From positions 150,412,001 through 150,476,000 of the forward strand of contig OZ024743.1 in assembly GCA_964016885.1 (NCBI GenBank): 64,000 nucleotides of DNA, given 5' to 3'. Shown in pieces: positions 37,980 through 50,530 of this stretch. Every line of letters starts with the position of its first letter. Position 1 is the first letter of the stretch. This DNA is from Eledone cirrhosa (lineage: Eukaryota). The position numbers and the translations under genes were made by a program. The notes under the pieces are model-generated. The model was not told the origin of the DNA and did not search any database. It saw only the letters and a list, made by a program, of their open reading frames with translations.

Positions 37980-39310
37980 CAGCTAACACTGTAATACATC
38001 TCATTGGGTTTTCTGGAGGCAGATGACATCAAGAACAATAAAATGAAGGAATTGATAAAATCTGAATACATAAGGAGAGTAAGGAACATACTAAAATCAC
38101 ATCTAAATAGTAGGAATGTCATAAGTGCAGTAAATTCCTGAGCTGTGTCTATTATTAGGTACAGTGCAGGAATTCTCAAATGGAATGTTACTGATCAAAA
38201 AGAAACAGATAGAAAGACTAGGAAGCTAATGACTACCTACAGCATGTTCCACAAGAGGCGTGATGTTGATAGACTCTACTTAAAGAGATTTAAAGGTGGA
38301 AGAGGTCTTATCAGCATAGATGACTGTGTTCAGATGGAGAAAAGCAGTCCGCACAAATATGTGTCTGAGAGTAGGGAGCCAATGCACAAAGCTGTACTGA
38401 ATGAGAAGACAATAGACCAGGGGATGTCCAAGAAAGAAGTAACAACAAAGAGGAAGAGCAACCTTCATGAAAAATCCCTTCATAGCCCCTTTTTTAAGAA
38501 AACGGAATTCAGAGATCCACAGACATGGAGACGGGTAAAAAAGACGGTTAAAAAAGCTACAGAAGGAATGCTAATGGCTGCACAAGAGTAAGCCATCAGA
38601 ACGAAGTGAGTGAAACACCATATTGACAAGAGCAGGCTAGCTCACTGTGTAGGATCTGTGGAGAGAGAGAGAGGAGACTGTGGCTCACATCGTATCCAAG
38701 TCTAAACTCCTAGCCCAGACTCACTATAAAGTCTGGAGGCATGATATAATAGGAAAGGTGACTCACTGGCATTTATGCAAACTAAATAATTTACCACATT
38801 CTGAGAAGGGGTATGAGCATAAGCCAGAGTCGGTGATAGAAAACAATCAAGTAAAGGTGTTATGGGATTTCGGGATACAGACAGACAAGAAATTAGAACA
38901 CAATAGGCCTGACCTGGTGGCTTTTGACAAGGAAAAAAGATCGTGCCTGATTGTAGATGTAGCCTGCCCATTTGACATGAGAGTGCAAGAAAAGGAGGAG
39001 AAAATTAACCGCTACCAGGATTTAAAGTGGGAATTAAAAAGGATTTGGGACTGTCTTGAGGTCACAGCGGTCCTGATTGTCAAAGGAGCATTAGGTACTA
39101 TCTCAAAGAGTTTTCAAGGGTGGTTAAAGAACATTAGTCCAGCCCCCTTTTTTGGAACACTTCAAAAGGCATGCTTGCTGGGAACAGCAAGAATCCTCCA
39201 ATACGTCCTGAATATCTAAGGCTGCAGGTAGTGACTTGATGTTCATTTGAACAAACTTTCCAATTGAAATACATCAATGACTGAAACTCAAAAGAATAAT
39301 ATTAATAATA
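37980..39310 (+). mobile_element. Second R4/Dong-like LINE 3' fragment
   Basis: DVDRLYLKRFKGGRGLISI, RHDIIGKVTHWHLC, VLWDFGIQTDKKLEHNRPDLV, VDVACPFD, KINRYQDLKWEL, LQKACLLGTARIL; AATAAT-type tail. Confidence 0.88.
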
Positions 39311-39497
39311 GTTGTTTCTACTTTTGGCACAAGGCCAGCAATTATCCCAGTGCATTACTGGTGCTTTATTTTATTGACCACGTAAGGATGAAAGGCAAAG
39401 TTAACCTCAGTGGGATTTGAACTCAGACTGTAAAGGGCTGCAACTTTATGCTGCAAAGCATGGCGTCTGACCCTCTACCAACATTGCCAATCCACTA
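39311..39497 (-). mobile_element. tRNA-derived SINE (short subfamily)
   Basis: Similar to 23995-24182. Confidence 0.8.
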
Positions 39498-40368
39498 TCA
39501 ATAATAATAATAATAGACATGTTCCACTACCAATGGTATTAATAAGAATATAAAACAATTCATATATCAAAAACTATTCTTAATCCAATATTGCAAAATA
39601 ATTTAATAGAGAAAGGTGGTCCTAATACAATGTGGCTGATAAACTTGATAATGGAAATTATCAGTGGATAATAGCTAATTAAAAAAAAGAAAAAAGAAAT
39701 AATAATAATAATGACTGTGGTTCATATATAAATTAGTGTTTTTAATAATTTGATATGTTTTCTTCTATTTATTGTATTCTTATAACATGAATGACTACAA
39801 CTATCTACTGAAATTGTTTCTTTTCTATGGTCACTGATGACAATGTCTATCATGTTAAAATCAAATAATTGTTTAAGAAATAAATAAAAATGAACATTAA
39901 ATAAAAACAATACTTGAATTTAAATGACATATAACTTGATGAGAGTAAAATTGCAGAGGAATAAAAATGAGAGTAAATAAAGTAAAATTTATATGCTATG
40001 ACATGACCTAAATCTGTCAACTAACAAAAGAACAGTTTCTCATAACATTAATATTATAATAAAAAAAAAATGTAGAAAACATAGAGGCATTTTTTGAAAA
40101 TCATTTTTTTTTACTTTTGTTATTTTTATTTTTAGATTTTCTTAGATTAAGTTAATTGACAACTTTAAAAACATTTTGATTTTTCATTAAATAAAGTGAC
40201 TAATTTTAGATTTCAAAGGGACATATTCGAAAATCCCCCATACCCTCACATCGAATCACACCTACTCATATTTTGTCTTATAAGTATGTATGTATGTATG
40301 TATGTACATACATGCACACACACATGCATATATATATATATGTGAATGAGTGAGTGTGTGTATGCATG

Positions 40369-40420
<52 letters not shown>

Positions 40421-41033
40421 TGGGGGGGGGGATCTGTGTGTGAAAGCTATGAGAGATAATATCAGCTCAATACATTTTTAACAACTGATGTTTGTTTCTG
40501 GAAGAATTAAACAAATAGATATTCCATTCCATTCTCAAAAGTAACTTTTTTTTTTTGGTAAGCATCTCAATGGACAAGTACACAAATACACACAAACAAT
40601 AGTGAAAGAAAATAGAAGATACCATAAGAAATACTTTAAATTTTATTGCCTTATATTTGATACAAAGAATTTCTTCATTCATAGTGAAAATATGAATATA
40701 ACATAGTTAAAATCCCTATAAATCTATATTTTCATTTGATTATTCAGTTCCCATAAACATTTCATAACATTTTCAATTCTTAATTATCTTTTACTTCAGC
40801 TAAATAAGGAAAAAATAGAAAAAGCTTGTTTTTCTCACTATACATTTATTTCTTTTTGATTTTGATGTTTTCTATTGACGTATTTTTTTAAAATCAATTT
40901 ATTAGTTATTTCTAAAAGAAGTTAATCATGTTGTGTATTGAAAGATTGAATTGAATTTACCTTTCCTATGTCCAACATTTAAAAAAAATTATAAATTATT
41001 TTATTCAGCTTTAAGTTGCAGATTTTAGCCTAC

Positions 41034-41133
41034 CTGTAAAGCATCCAATTAGTTAAATATCGACATCTTTCTTTCATTGATTCAAATGCCTCACACAATT
41101 CCCTTAGCTTCCTAAAACCATCTTTAAGCCACT
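41034..41133 (-). CDS. Candidate internal coding exon of an unidentified host gene
   Basis: TATCAG| ... CAG|GTAGG bounds a 100-nt open segment WLKDGFRKLRELCEAFESMKERCRYLTNWMLY in otherwise very AT-rich DNA; acceptor pyrimidine tract weak. Confidence 0.3.
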
Positions 41134-44016
41134 CTGATATTCAGTTTACATACGTATGAGAATGTTTATAAGTGTGTATGGATGGATGTAGCATGCATGC
41201 GTGAAGTTGTGTGTGAATGTATTGAGTAGTTTGTGTGAAAAAGAGCTACAACATTCATTAGTAAGCCCCTTGACGAAAACTTCTTTTGCTCATTAAAGAG
41301 AATCTGATTAATTTTCACAAAATTATTCCCAAAGCCTTATACCGGTGGTTGATAAATTAGTATAGTTGATATCATGTCTGATGTAAAGAAAGTAGACTCA
41401 CAAAATCAGTAAAAATTTGGACAAAATATCTTGCAATACTTAGTTACTGTCCTTAATATTGTGAAACAAACTTCATTGAAGTCAACTTCGCATTTTATCC
41501 TTCCCAATCAGTGAAATACTAGTAAGAAGCAGAATTTTGTATAGAAAAGGTTGAACTGTATGGTATGAAATAATGTCTGGAGGGCGAAAAATATACAATA
41601 ATTGATATCAACATAAATGATAGGCCAATGACAAAGAAATCTCTCTATGGTTGTTCAATCAGTTTGAAATAGCAGCCATATCTCAATAGAAATACACCTT
41701 ACCACCTTGAAAAGAAATAGGAGAATGTACACTTAGTTATGCAATGCTTGATAGAAGGATACTATTGTCATGGTTTGAACGTCTGTGATCATATGACTGC
41801 TCAGTCAAGGCCTACCTGCTTCTATATAATAAATGTTGCCAAGATTGATCGGACATGAAAGAACTAATTAAGAAAAGGATTACAAATAGTTACAATTCTG
41901 TATCAATAAAATATGGGTTAATTACAGGAGGGCTAATATCAGCAACAGTAGTCTATTGTATCAACTACAGTTCTGAGCAGGCATCTTATTTTATTAACTC
42001 CAGAAAAATAAAAGAAGTTAATCCTGGTCAGATTCAAAGAGACATAACTAAACACTACAAGATAGTTTATTCTATACTACTGCTTCTGCTAATCCAGTTA
42101 ACTTTATCAAAACAAATTTACTGATAATATGTATATATATATTTATATGAAGGAAATTAATGTATCATTTGATGAAAAATACTGTTGTTTTCATCAATTC
42201 TGGATAAATATCACCTTAGTTGAAGATCTCAGCAGAAGTATAGATTCATCATGACTCACTGAAGTTTACATTATTGATGTTGCAGTAATTATTTACTGCC
42301 CTTTATCTTCTGAGATCAAATCTCACTCAATTTTACTTTCCTACTTATTTTACTGGTATCATCATCATTATAATCATCATCATTTTACATCTATTTTTCA
42401 TACATGCAGAAATTAAGCTGTCATGCTCTGAGGCTAGACAGGTAAGTCCAATAGTGTATCTTACTTGTATATTCCATTTTGGCATGGTTTCTATGGCTGG
42501 ATACCCTTCCTAATGTCACCAGCCTCATGGTCTGTGCTAAGTATGTTTTCTTGTGGCACCACCACTACCAAATTACAGTGTGGGTTGGGTGCATTTTATC
42601 ATGACACCAGCAATTTCACATTCCAGTGATGAATTTTATTATAGTATTTCAACACTAGTACTCATGCAACATTGATAGGAAGTAGCAGGGGGAGAAGAAA
42701 GCAGGTTTTGGGCTACCTCTTCCTAGTCCATAGAAGGAGGGTGGGATGGCCTTAGAGTGAGTAATGTTTAGCAGTATTGTGGAGTGAATCCAGCTTTCCA
42801 TAGTTGGACAAGGAGGATGGTAATTCAGGGATAGTGTGAGTAGTGGCAGAGAAAGGGAAAGAAGAGTTAGTGTTGGATTGTAGGGTGATATTGGAAAGAG
42901 GATGAGAAAGGCAGGGTATGGCAGTACAGTGAAGGGGCATCTACCTTTGGGTAGGAGTCACACATGGGAAAGGGGTTGGGAGACTATGGTGGGAGAGGGG
43001 GAAGACCACAGTGAGGCAGCTAGATAATAAAGAAGGGGTGATGGAAAGGGTAGCTTATGTGTTGTTACATATTCCTGCCTTTTACAGCCATCCTTCCCAT
43101 GCTCAGAGATGTGAATTTGGGGCAAAGACTAAGTGGGGGGGGGGGGGAGGAGCACTAACTTGGTGGGGAAATGGGGGAGGGGTCACGTATGTGAGAGGAA
43201 TAGATAATGAGGAGTGGGTGATGGATGGGGTGGCTCAAATGTTGTTACATCTTTCTTTTACATCTCGCTTTTATAGCCATCCTCCCCACCTCTCCGTTTG
43301 TATTTCAGCATCTTGCCAGCTGACTTGATTCACTGTCATCTCCTCTATGAGTTCATCTTTTTTAGGTCAACCTTTACTCTTCCACAGGCTCTCTCAACTT
43401 TGAAAACCGATAAATAGTTTTGAACACTTAACTATATCATCAAAAGCGATCTTTTGCAAAGGAACAAAACAGAGTTCTTATAGAAGGAAAATTGAATTAG
43501 GTGATTTTTATGCATGGTAGAGGGATTAAATGTCTAAGACATAGAAGCCAAGCTGAATCCCTTACTTAAATCTCCAGAATTTTATATTTATACAATATTG
43601 CTTGCTACAATGTTTTATAAAACAATATATTCTTATATCCAGATGAAACCTTCAATTTGAAGAAATGAAATTAGAACTATAATATTCATGTCTCCATGAT
43701 TAAAAACAACAACAAAAAGAACACTTTTATTAGTATATTGCATGAAAACTATTTATGCAAGCAAAACTTCCCTAGCAGTTTCAAAAGTAGTATTTTGTTT
43801 TCAAGCATTAATAGCCTTGTATTTATATTCTACTCTTTTATTGTTTCTAATTAATAGATGAACCTCTGTGTTCTCTTTAAATATGTGCAGAAAATTTGTT
43901 TGAAGCTGTCATAATAGTAATAATTTTCAGTGTAGCTGTTTGTATCTGTTTTTTCATTTTTCTTATGCTAATATTGGTGGGATTTAAACATGATCATATT
44001 TCATAAATGTTGAAAG

Positions 44017-44143
<127 letters not shown>

Positions 44144-44700
44144 TGTTTGTCTGTGTGTGCATGCATATGTGTTTATGTAATATTCATATATGAGGTTTAA
44201 CCTTAAGTAACTGAATAGAACAGTTAAAGAAATAGAAATAAGAGAAAATAGATTTAAGCACCTAACTTGAGAGGGAGAAAGAGACAAGCAGATAGAAGGG
44301 AAGAAAGAAAACACTCTGTAGTTCAATCTGTAACACTGTCACCTGGAAAGGGATAGATGGCTCAGAATCCCGTCACTGAGCCTGTTTTATATTTTTTAAT
44401 GAAACTGCAGCATATATAATTTTATATAGAAAATCTTAGATGTTCGTTCATAAGTTAATAGAATTAATTGATTAACTACCTGCTATCCTATTGTGCTATG
44501 ATGATGATGTGCAACATACAGAAAGGGGCTTGTTCATTGGTATTGAAATGGTAGGAAATATTGGTAGTTAGGTGTATAAACATCTTAAGTCACTTAAATA
44601 TAATAATTTTAAGAAAAAAAGGAAATTATTTTCATATGCTTTCCTCCGCCACACACAAAATGTATGAACCAATAATTAAATTGCCTATATAGAGAAATAT

Positions 44701-44887
44701 AATTGTTTCTACGTTTGGCACAAGGCCAGCAATTACCCAGTGTATTACTGGTACTTTATTTTATCGACCCCGTAAGGATGAAAGGCAAAGTTAACCTCGG
44801 CGGGATTTGAACTCAGAATGGCAAGGGCCGTAACTCTATGCATCAAAGCATGGCATCCGACCCTCTACTGATACTGCCAATCCACCG
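44701..44887 (-). mobile_element. tRNA-derived SINE (short subfamily)
   Basis: Similar to 23995-24182. Confidence 0.8.
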
Positions 44888-46538
44888 ATGACAATTACTA
44901 CATTGAGAGGCCTTCGTTCACATGACAGTGGTCATGGTGTAGTGTATTCACAGGCATTGAAGGCCAAATCTATATAATTTGTTTGCCTATTTGGAATACA
45001 GACACACATATCTACACTAAATATGGCTGATACTAATAAGAATTCAAACCTGAGAAAATTAATTTACCACTAAATGCTTGTCATCCATAATGAAAGAAAT
45101 TGCATCAATGTTTTAGCTAGGGTGGACTAGAAAAGATTCTGGGCGGATATTCTAATTTGCAATAAATCTAAGGCAGCATTTTGGAATAAGCATATCACTA
45201 TAAATCTAAGAGTGCTCTTCCTAAAATCCAGCCATCTTACAGCATGTACGAGGAGCATGATGTCTATGACATGATGACTTTCCCAATGCCAAACACTTTA
45301 TAGCATGTCCTGGGAGTATTTTATTGTGGCTCCAGCATTACCACATTACCTGGAGGAATGGTTGCTTTCTATCATGGCTCTAGCACTATTATGTTAAGGG
45401 TGGCTTGAGTGCTTTTTATATTGGTGCCAGCACTAAAACTTTTCAGATAGAGCTGGGTGTGTTTTATTGTGGCACTAATACTAATCCATTACAACACTAA
45501 GGTGCTCAGTATCCTTGGGTTGGCTGGGGAGGTATTGATGGGTGTTGGGGTGTAGGCTATATTATATTGCTGTGTAGAAAGAATACAGACATTCCACTGT
45601 TGGGGAGGAAGCGCCAGATCATAGGAATGGACTTGAAGCAAATTGTGGGGTATGCCTGGCTGTGTTGGCCTGAGCTGGATGGGGAAATTGAGTTTGTGAT
45701 GGGAATGTTAAAAGTGGGAAGCATGCATTTGGCAGAGTAGAGGAATCAGTTAAGGTACATTCTAGCTTTCCATGCCAGCATGGGCTGGACAAGGATGGGA
45801 AGAGGGGTAGTCAGGAGTTTGTGATGGGAATGTAAAAGTGGGGAGCATACATTTAGCAGAGAAGCATGGGCTGGACAAGGATGGGAAGGAGGGATAGTCA
45901 GGTGTAGTCTGGCAGACAGGGACCTGAATGTTGTTCCTCCTTTCTGCTTATTCAGGTTTAGTGTGAAGAAGCATAGAGGTGGTACATCATCCATACATAT
46001 ACAGTCATGACTGTGTGATTAGCTTCAAATCCACTACATAGCTTCTTGGGTGAGTGTCTTCTACTACAGCCTTACATGTGCATGTATGTAGGTGCATGTG
46101 TGTCTGTTTCCATGATGCTGTTAAAACAAGGTGTGACATTTAGTTATGTTTCACAGAAACAACATAACCCATAGCTTAACTGTTCTACAAAGATCAGTGG
46201 ATATAAGTAATATACTTAAAATTAAGTATGGTTTAATTCAGGAAGTATATCTTGCTGCAGAATATTGCCTCACATACTTCCTCCAATCCATGTAAACATA
46301 GAAAAGCAGACACAAAAATGATTATGATGTCCATAATATATGTGTGTTGGTTTTTCTTACTCTGAGAGTAAGAGAGAACCATTTTAAATGAGATACCAAT
46401 AAAAATATTAGTGAATATATATTTATTTAACATGATTTATCTTGACAATTGTTTCACGCTAAGGAATTTGGTCATAGTAAATCCTCAAGATGCTAGTTTT
46501 GTAAAAGAGAAAAAATTTGACTTAGTACAAAGCTTAAA

Positions 46539-46740
46539 TAATTGTTTCTATTTTAGGCACAAGGCCAGTAATTTGAAGGGAAGGGGAAATTCGATTAGAT
46601 CAACCCGAGTGAATTACTAGTACTTTATTTCATCGACCCCGCTAACTTCGGCGGGATTTGAACTCAGAAGGTAAAGGGCCGTAACTCTCTGCCACGAAGC
46701 AAAGTGGCTGATGCTCTACCGATACTGCCAATCCATTGCC
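46539..46740 (-). mobile_element. tRNA-derived SINE with internal deletion
   Basis: GGCGGGATTTGAACTCAG B-box complement; TTGTTTCTATTTTAGGCACAAGGCCAG tail. Confidence 0.75.
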
Positions 46741-47000
46741 CTCATTGCCAAAATTACAGTTTAATATATTTGATATTATTTATTTATTTTAGTTTAGGTT
46801 TTTATATCTAACTAGATTTTGTTTCATCATATAACTAACTCAATTCTGAAGTGGCAGCATTCCTGAAACAATTAATTTTCTTTAGACATTAAAAAACATT
46901 ATACATGACAGAAGAAAAAACATTTCAAGAAGTCTCATATGTTATAAAATAAACAGGATGGGTTGGTGTCTCATGTATAAACTAAATGACTCATTCTAGC

Positions 47001-47197
47001 TTAACCCTTATGCAGCCAGAATTCTCTCACCCCTTTCTGTTCAAACCCGCTGTAACCAGTTGCTCATACTGATGTTAAGGTATTGTTCTCAAAATAAATA
47101 ATATCAAAATCTCATAGATTCGATATTATGTGAGGTAAAGCCTTTACTGTGAAAATATAATAGTACATATTGAGTAATGTAAATGTTAAAGGGTTAA
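47001..47197 (+). mobile_element. TTAA-flanked MITE (piggyBac-like ends), copy 1
   Basis: TTAA-CCCTT ... AAGGG-TTAA. Confidence 0.65.
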
Positions 47198-47408
47198 ATA
47201 AAAAAGTCAGAGAAGACAACCTAAAAATAATTGCTTCCCCCCCCCCCCCCATTTAATCCATCCACCCTTTATTTGGGGCCCCAAAGTACCTACCTGCTGA
47301 TACCAACCCATACTTTATTTTTCAGTATGGTAAGCACCGCTAACTTATATTGAGAAAGAACTGTATCATATTGTTTATATCAAACATAAATAAACATGAC
47401 TGATTGTT

Positions 47409-47637
47409 TTAACCCTTTAAAATTTACATCACTCAATAAATTCTATTGTATTTTCGCCGTAAATGCTTTGTCTCACATAATATCTCACATAATATCAAAT
47501 CTATGAGATTTTGATATTATCTATTTTGAGAATAATACCTTAACATCAGTATGAGTGGCCAGTTATGGCCGGTTTTGAACAGAAAGAGGTGAAGAAACTC
47601 TGGTCGGGTACAGCAAGTTTAAATGCTAAAGTGTTAA
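47409..47637 (-). mobile_element. TTAA-flanked MITE, copy 2, inverted relative to copy 1
   Basis: TTAA-CCCTTTA ... TAAAGTG-TTAA; internal sequence is a diverged reverse complement of 47001-47197. Confidence 0.65.
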
Positions 47638-47867
47638 AAAGTATTAGTGTAAAGACACAACTCTGATACACACACACACTCACACACACACACTCCCATT
47701 CACACACACATATGTGTGTGTGAATGTGTGTGTACTTGTGTATAAATTACACCTCCACTTTACATATAACATTTACAAATTGGGATATATTTTGAAATAA
47801 AGTGTTGAATTTTCACATCGTTTCATCTTCTTCCAGTAAAAAAAAAGAAGTGTGTTACACTCACACA

Positions 47868-47936
<69 letters not shown>

Positions 47937-47937
<1 letters not shown>

Positions 47938-48348
47938 GGTGGCTGCCAACTCGTTTTCGAGTACGGCCACTACTTTATATCCATGTAGGAGAACCCCACC
48001 GATGCGCTGAACGTGTGTGACTTTTTAGTCCAGCCAGCGACTTGAAAACTCTGGTGCAAACATTACACTTGTGACAATTATTGACACGTAGTGCAGGGCC
48101 CATGGTACCATGTGATGACAAGTGCAGAGAGATCTCCAGATATAAAGCAATGCCTGTGCTGTGAAGCTTTTATAGTGAGCAAAGGCACTGCACAAAGCCA
48201 GTCCCACTCTCTTAACCAAGATGATATTTATCAAAAAGAAGAACAAGTCAAAATCATTGGATACCATCAGGGTTGCAGGTGTTATATCAGAGTTTTCCTT
48301 CTCCTAGAATTCTGCCTTGACAAAGGCTAAGGGGTCATCTCTCCCGGA
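47937..48348 (-). mobile_element. RTE-type LINE 3' fragment with a C-terminal C2H2 finger
   Basis: Minus strand HKCNVCTRVFKSLAGLKSHTRSAH, then short 3' UTR GTGGCCGTACTCGAAAACGAGTTGGCAGCCACC and (TA)n. Confidence 0.6.
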
Positions 48349-48744
48349 TATATATACATATATATACATATATATACACATATTTATATATTCATATATA
48401 TATACACATATATATATATACACACATAAATATATACATATATATACACATATATATATATATACATATATATACACATATATATATATATACATATATA
48501 TACACATATATATATATATATACATATATATACACACATATATATATATATATACATATATATACACATATATATATACACATATATATATATATATACA
48601 CATATATATATACACATATATATATATACATATATATACACATATATATATATATATAGATATATATACACACATATATATATACATATATATACACACA
48701 TATATATATATATATATATACATATATATAAATATACATAATAT

Positions 48745-48980
48745 AATATAAGATCAAAAGATGGTTAAAGGAGTTCCATATATTTTATTATGCGCATTTC
48801 AAAAACAAACATCATCAAGCAATAATATTTGTGTTTTCATCAGATAAAACAGGAAAACATGATATGAAGGCTAAAAAAACACTTGTTGATAGTGCAGTTT
48901 TAAATCAACTGTAGAGTGCTTCTTATCCGATATCTGCATTGCTTTATTGTACTACAATAAAACTCACCTCCTACATTAAA
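48745..48980 (-). mobile_element. PLE pseudo-LTR-like module (family E)
   Basis: Contains an HHR; same 3' end as 12125-12211; microsatellite flanks. Confidence 0.65.
48783..48849 (-). ncRNA. Type I minimal hammerhead ribozyme
   Basis: TTTTAT CTGATGA AAACACAAATATTATT-GCTT-GATGATGTTTGTTTTT GAA AT GCGC AT A ATAAAA; palindromic loop 3. Confidence 0.82.
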
Positions 48981-49046
48981 TATACATATATATATACATA
49001 TACATATATATATATATATACATACATGTATATATATATATATACA

Positions 49047-49139
<93 letters not shown>

Positions 49140-49165
49140 CTATACATATATGCATATATATATAT

Positions 49166-50040
49166 ATCATCATCATCATCATCATCATTTTACATCCACT
49201 TTTCCCTGCTTGCAAGGGTGGGACGGGTCTTATTCATCACAGCATCTCTCCACTCGTCACGGTCCCTCGTCATCTCCACCGTGAGCTTCAATGATCTGAG
49301 GTCTGTTCTCACCACCTCCGCCCATGTTTTTTGTGGTCTACCTCTACCATGTCTTCCTTCAACTGGCAATTCCTGGCACTTCTTCACCCATCGGTCATCC
49401 TCCATGCGCATCACATGTCCATACCACTTCAGTCTCCTCTCCCGTACACTACATTCTATCCCTCTCAGACACAGTTTCTCTCTCAACTCATTTAAGCTGG
49501 GTCGTTCACGCACATTTACACTGCACATCCAACGGAGCATGCTTGCCTCATTTCTCTCCAGCCGTCGCATGTCCTCTGCAGTTACTGCCCATTTCTCACT
49601 ACCATGCAGCATCGCGTTCCTCACACAGGCATCATACAACCGGCCTTTCGTACGCAGGGAGAAACCCTTCTTCGTCAACAGAGGAAGCAGCTCCCTAAAC
49701 TTCTTCCAACCCATCCTTATTCTAGATACTATGGCCTCGGAACACCCTCCTCCCATGCTAATCTGATCTCCTAGGTACCGGAAGCTATCCACCACTTCTA
49801 TAGCGCCCTCCTGCATTTGAAAAATGTGTCTATCAATGCGACTTCTACTGTCTAATTTCCCTGTACATCTACTACATACATATTTCTCCCTACCTGTTAG
49901 TTTGCCTGCTATCCTGCTACATCTCTTGTGTACCCAGGATCTGCATTGTGTGCATTTTATAGAATTTATGCCAGTTCCTTTTCTGCATATCGAACATGGC
50001 CATTTCCTTGACGGAATCAGGGTTTTATCCTCTTTTCTAC
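49166..50040 (-). mobile_element. RTE LINE 3' fragment, second subfamily, open frame
   Basis: ORF 49190-50065: PHD-like finger, [16 protein letters not shown]; (GAT)n tail. Confidence 0.93.
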
Positions 50041-50059
50041 TCAAAAAATATATGTATAT

Positions 50060-50106
<47 letters not shown>

Positions 50107-50359
50107 TATATACAGCATGCCTTTCATTTTTAGAGAGAACCCTTTACCGGCCAATAGTGGTATATATATATATCATTATCATCATCGTCATCATACGTCC
50201 ACCTTTCCCTGCTTGCAAGGGTGGGACGGGAACTGATTCTGGCTTGATTTCTACAGCTGGATGCCCTTCCTAACACCAACCTCATTTACAGTGAGTGCTG
50301 GGTGCTTTTTTGCTGTGGCACCTCCACGACCACTTTGCAGTGGAATGATATGGACTCCA

Positions 50360-50492
50360 GTCCCTATCATCTCATTTCTACAGCTGAGTAAACTGGAGCA
50401 ATATGAAATAAAGTGTCTTGCTCAAGGAAACAACACATCGCCCGGTCTGAGATTGCAAGGCCAATGCTCTAACCACTAAGCCATGTGCCTCC
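50360..50492 (-). mobile_element. tRNA-derived SINE of a different family
   Basis: Minus strand GGAGGCACATGGCTTAGTGGTTAGAGC (A box) ... CCTTGAGCAAGACACTTTA. Confidence 0.65.
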
Positions 50493-50530
50493 ATATGTAT
50501 ATATATATATACATATATGTATAAATATAT

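Noticed and set aside
47310-47336. TTTTCAG-TATG-GTAAGC as a 4-nt micro-exon
   Set aside because: Such motifs arise by chance in AT-rich DNA; no supporting gene context.
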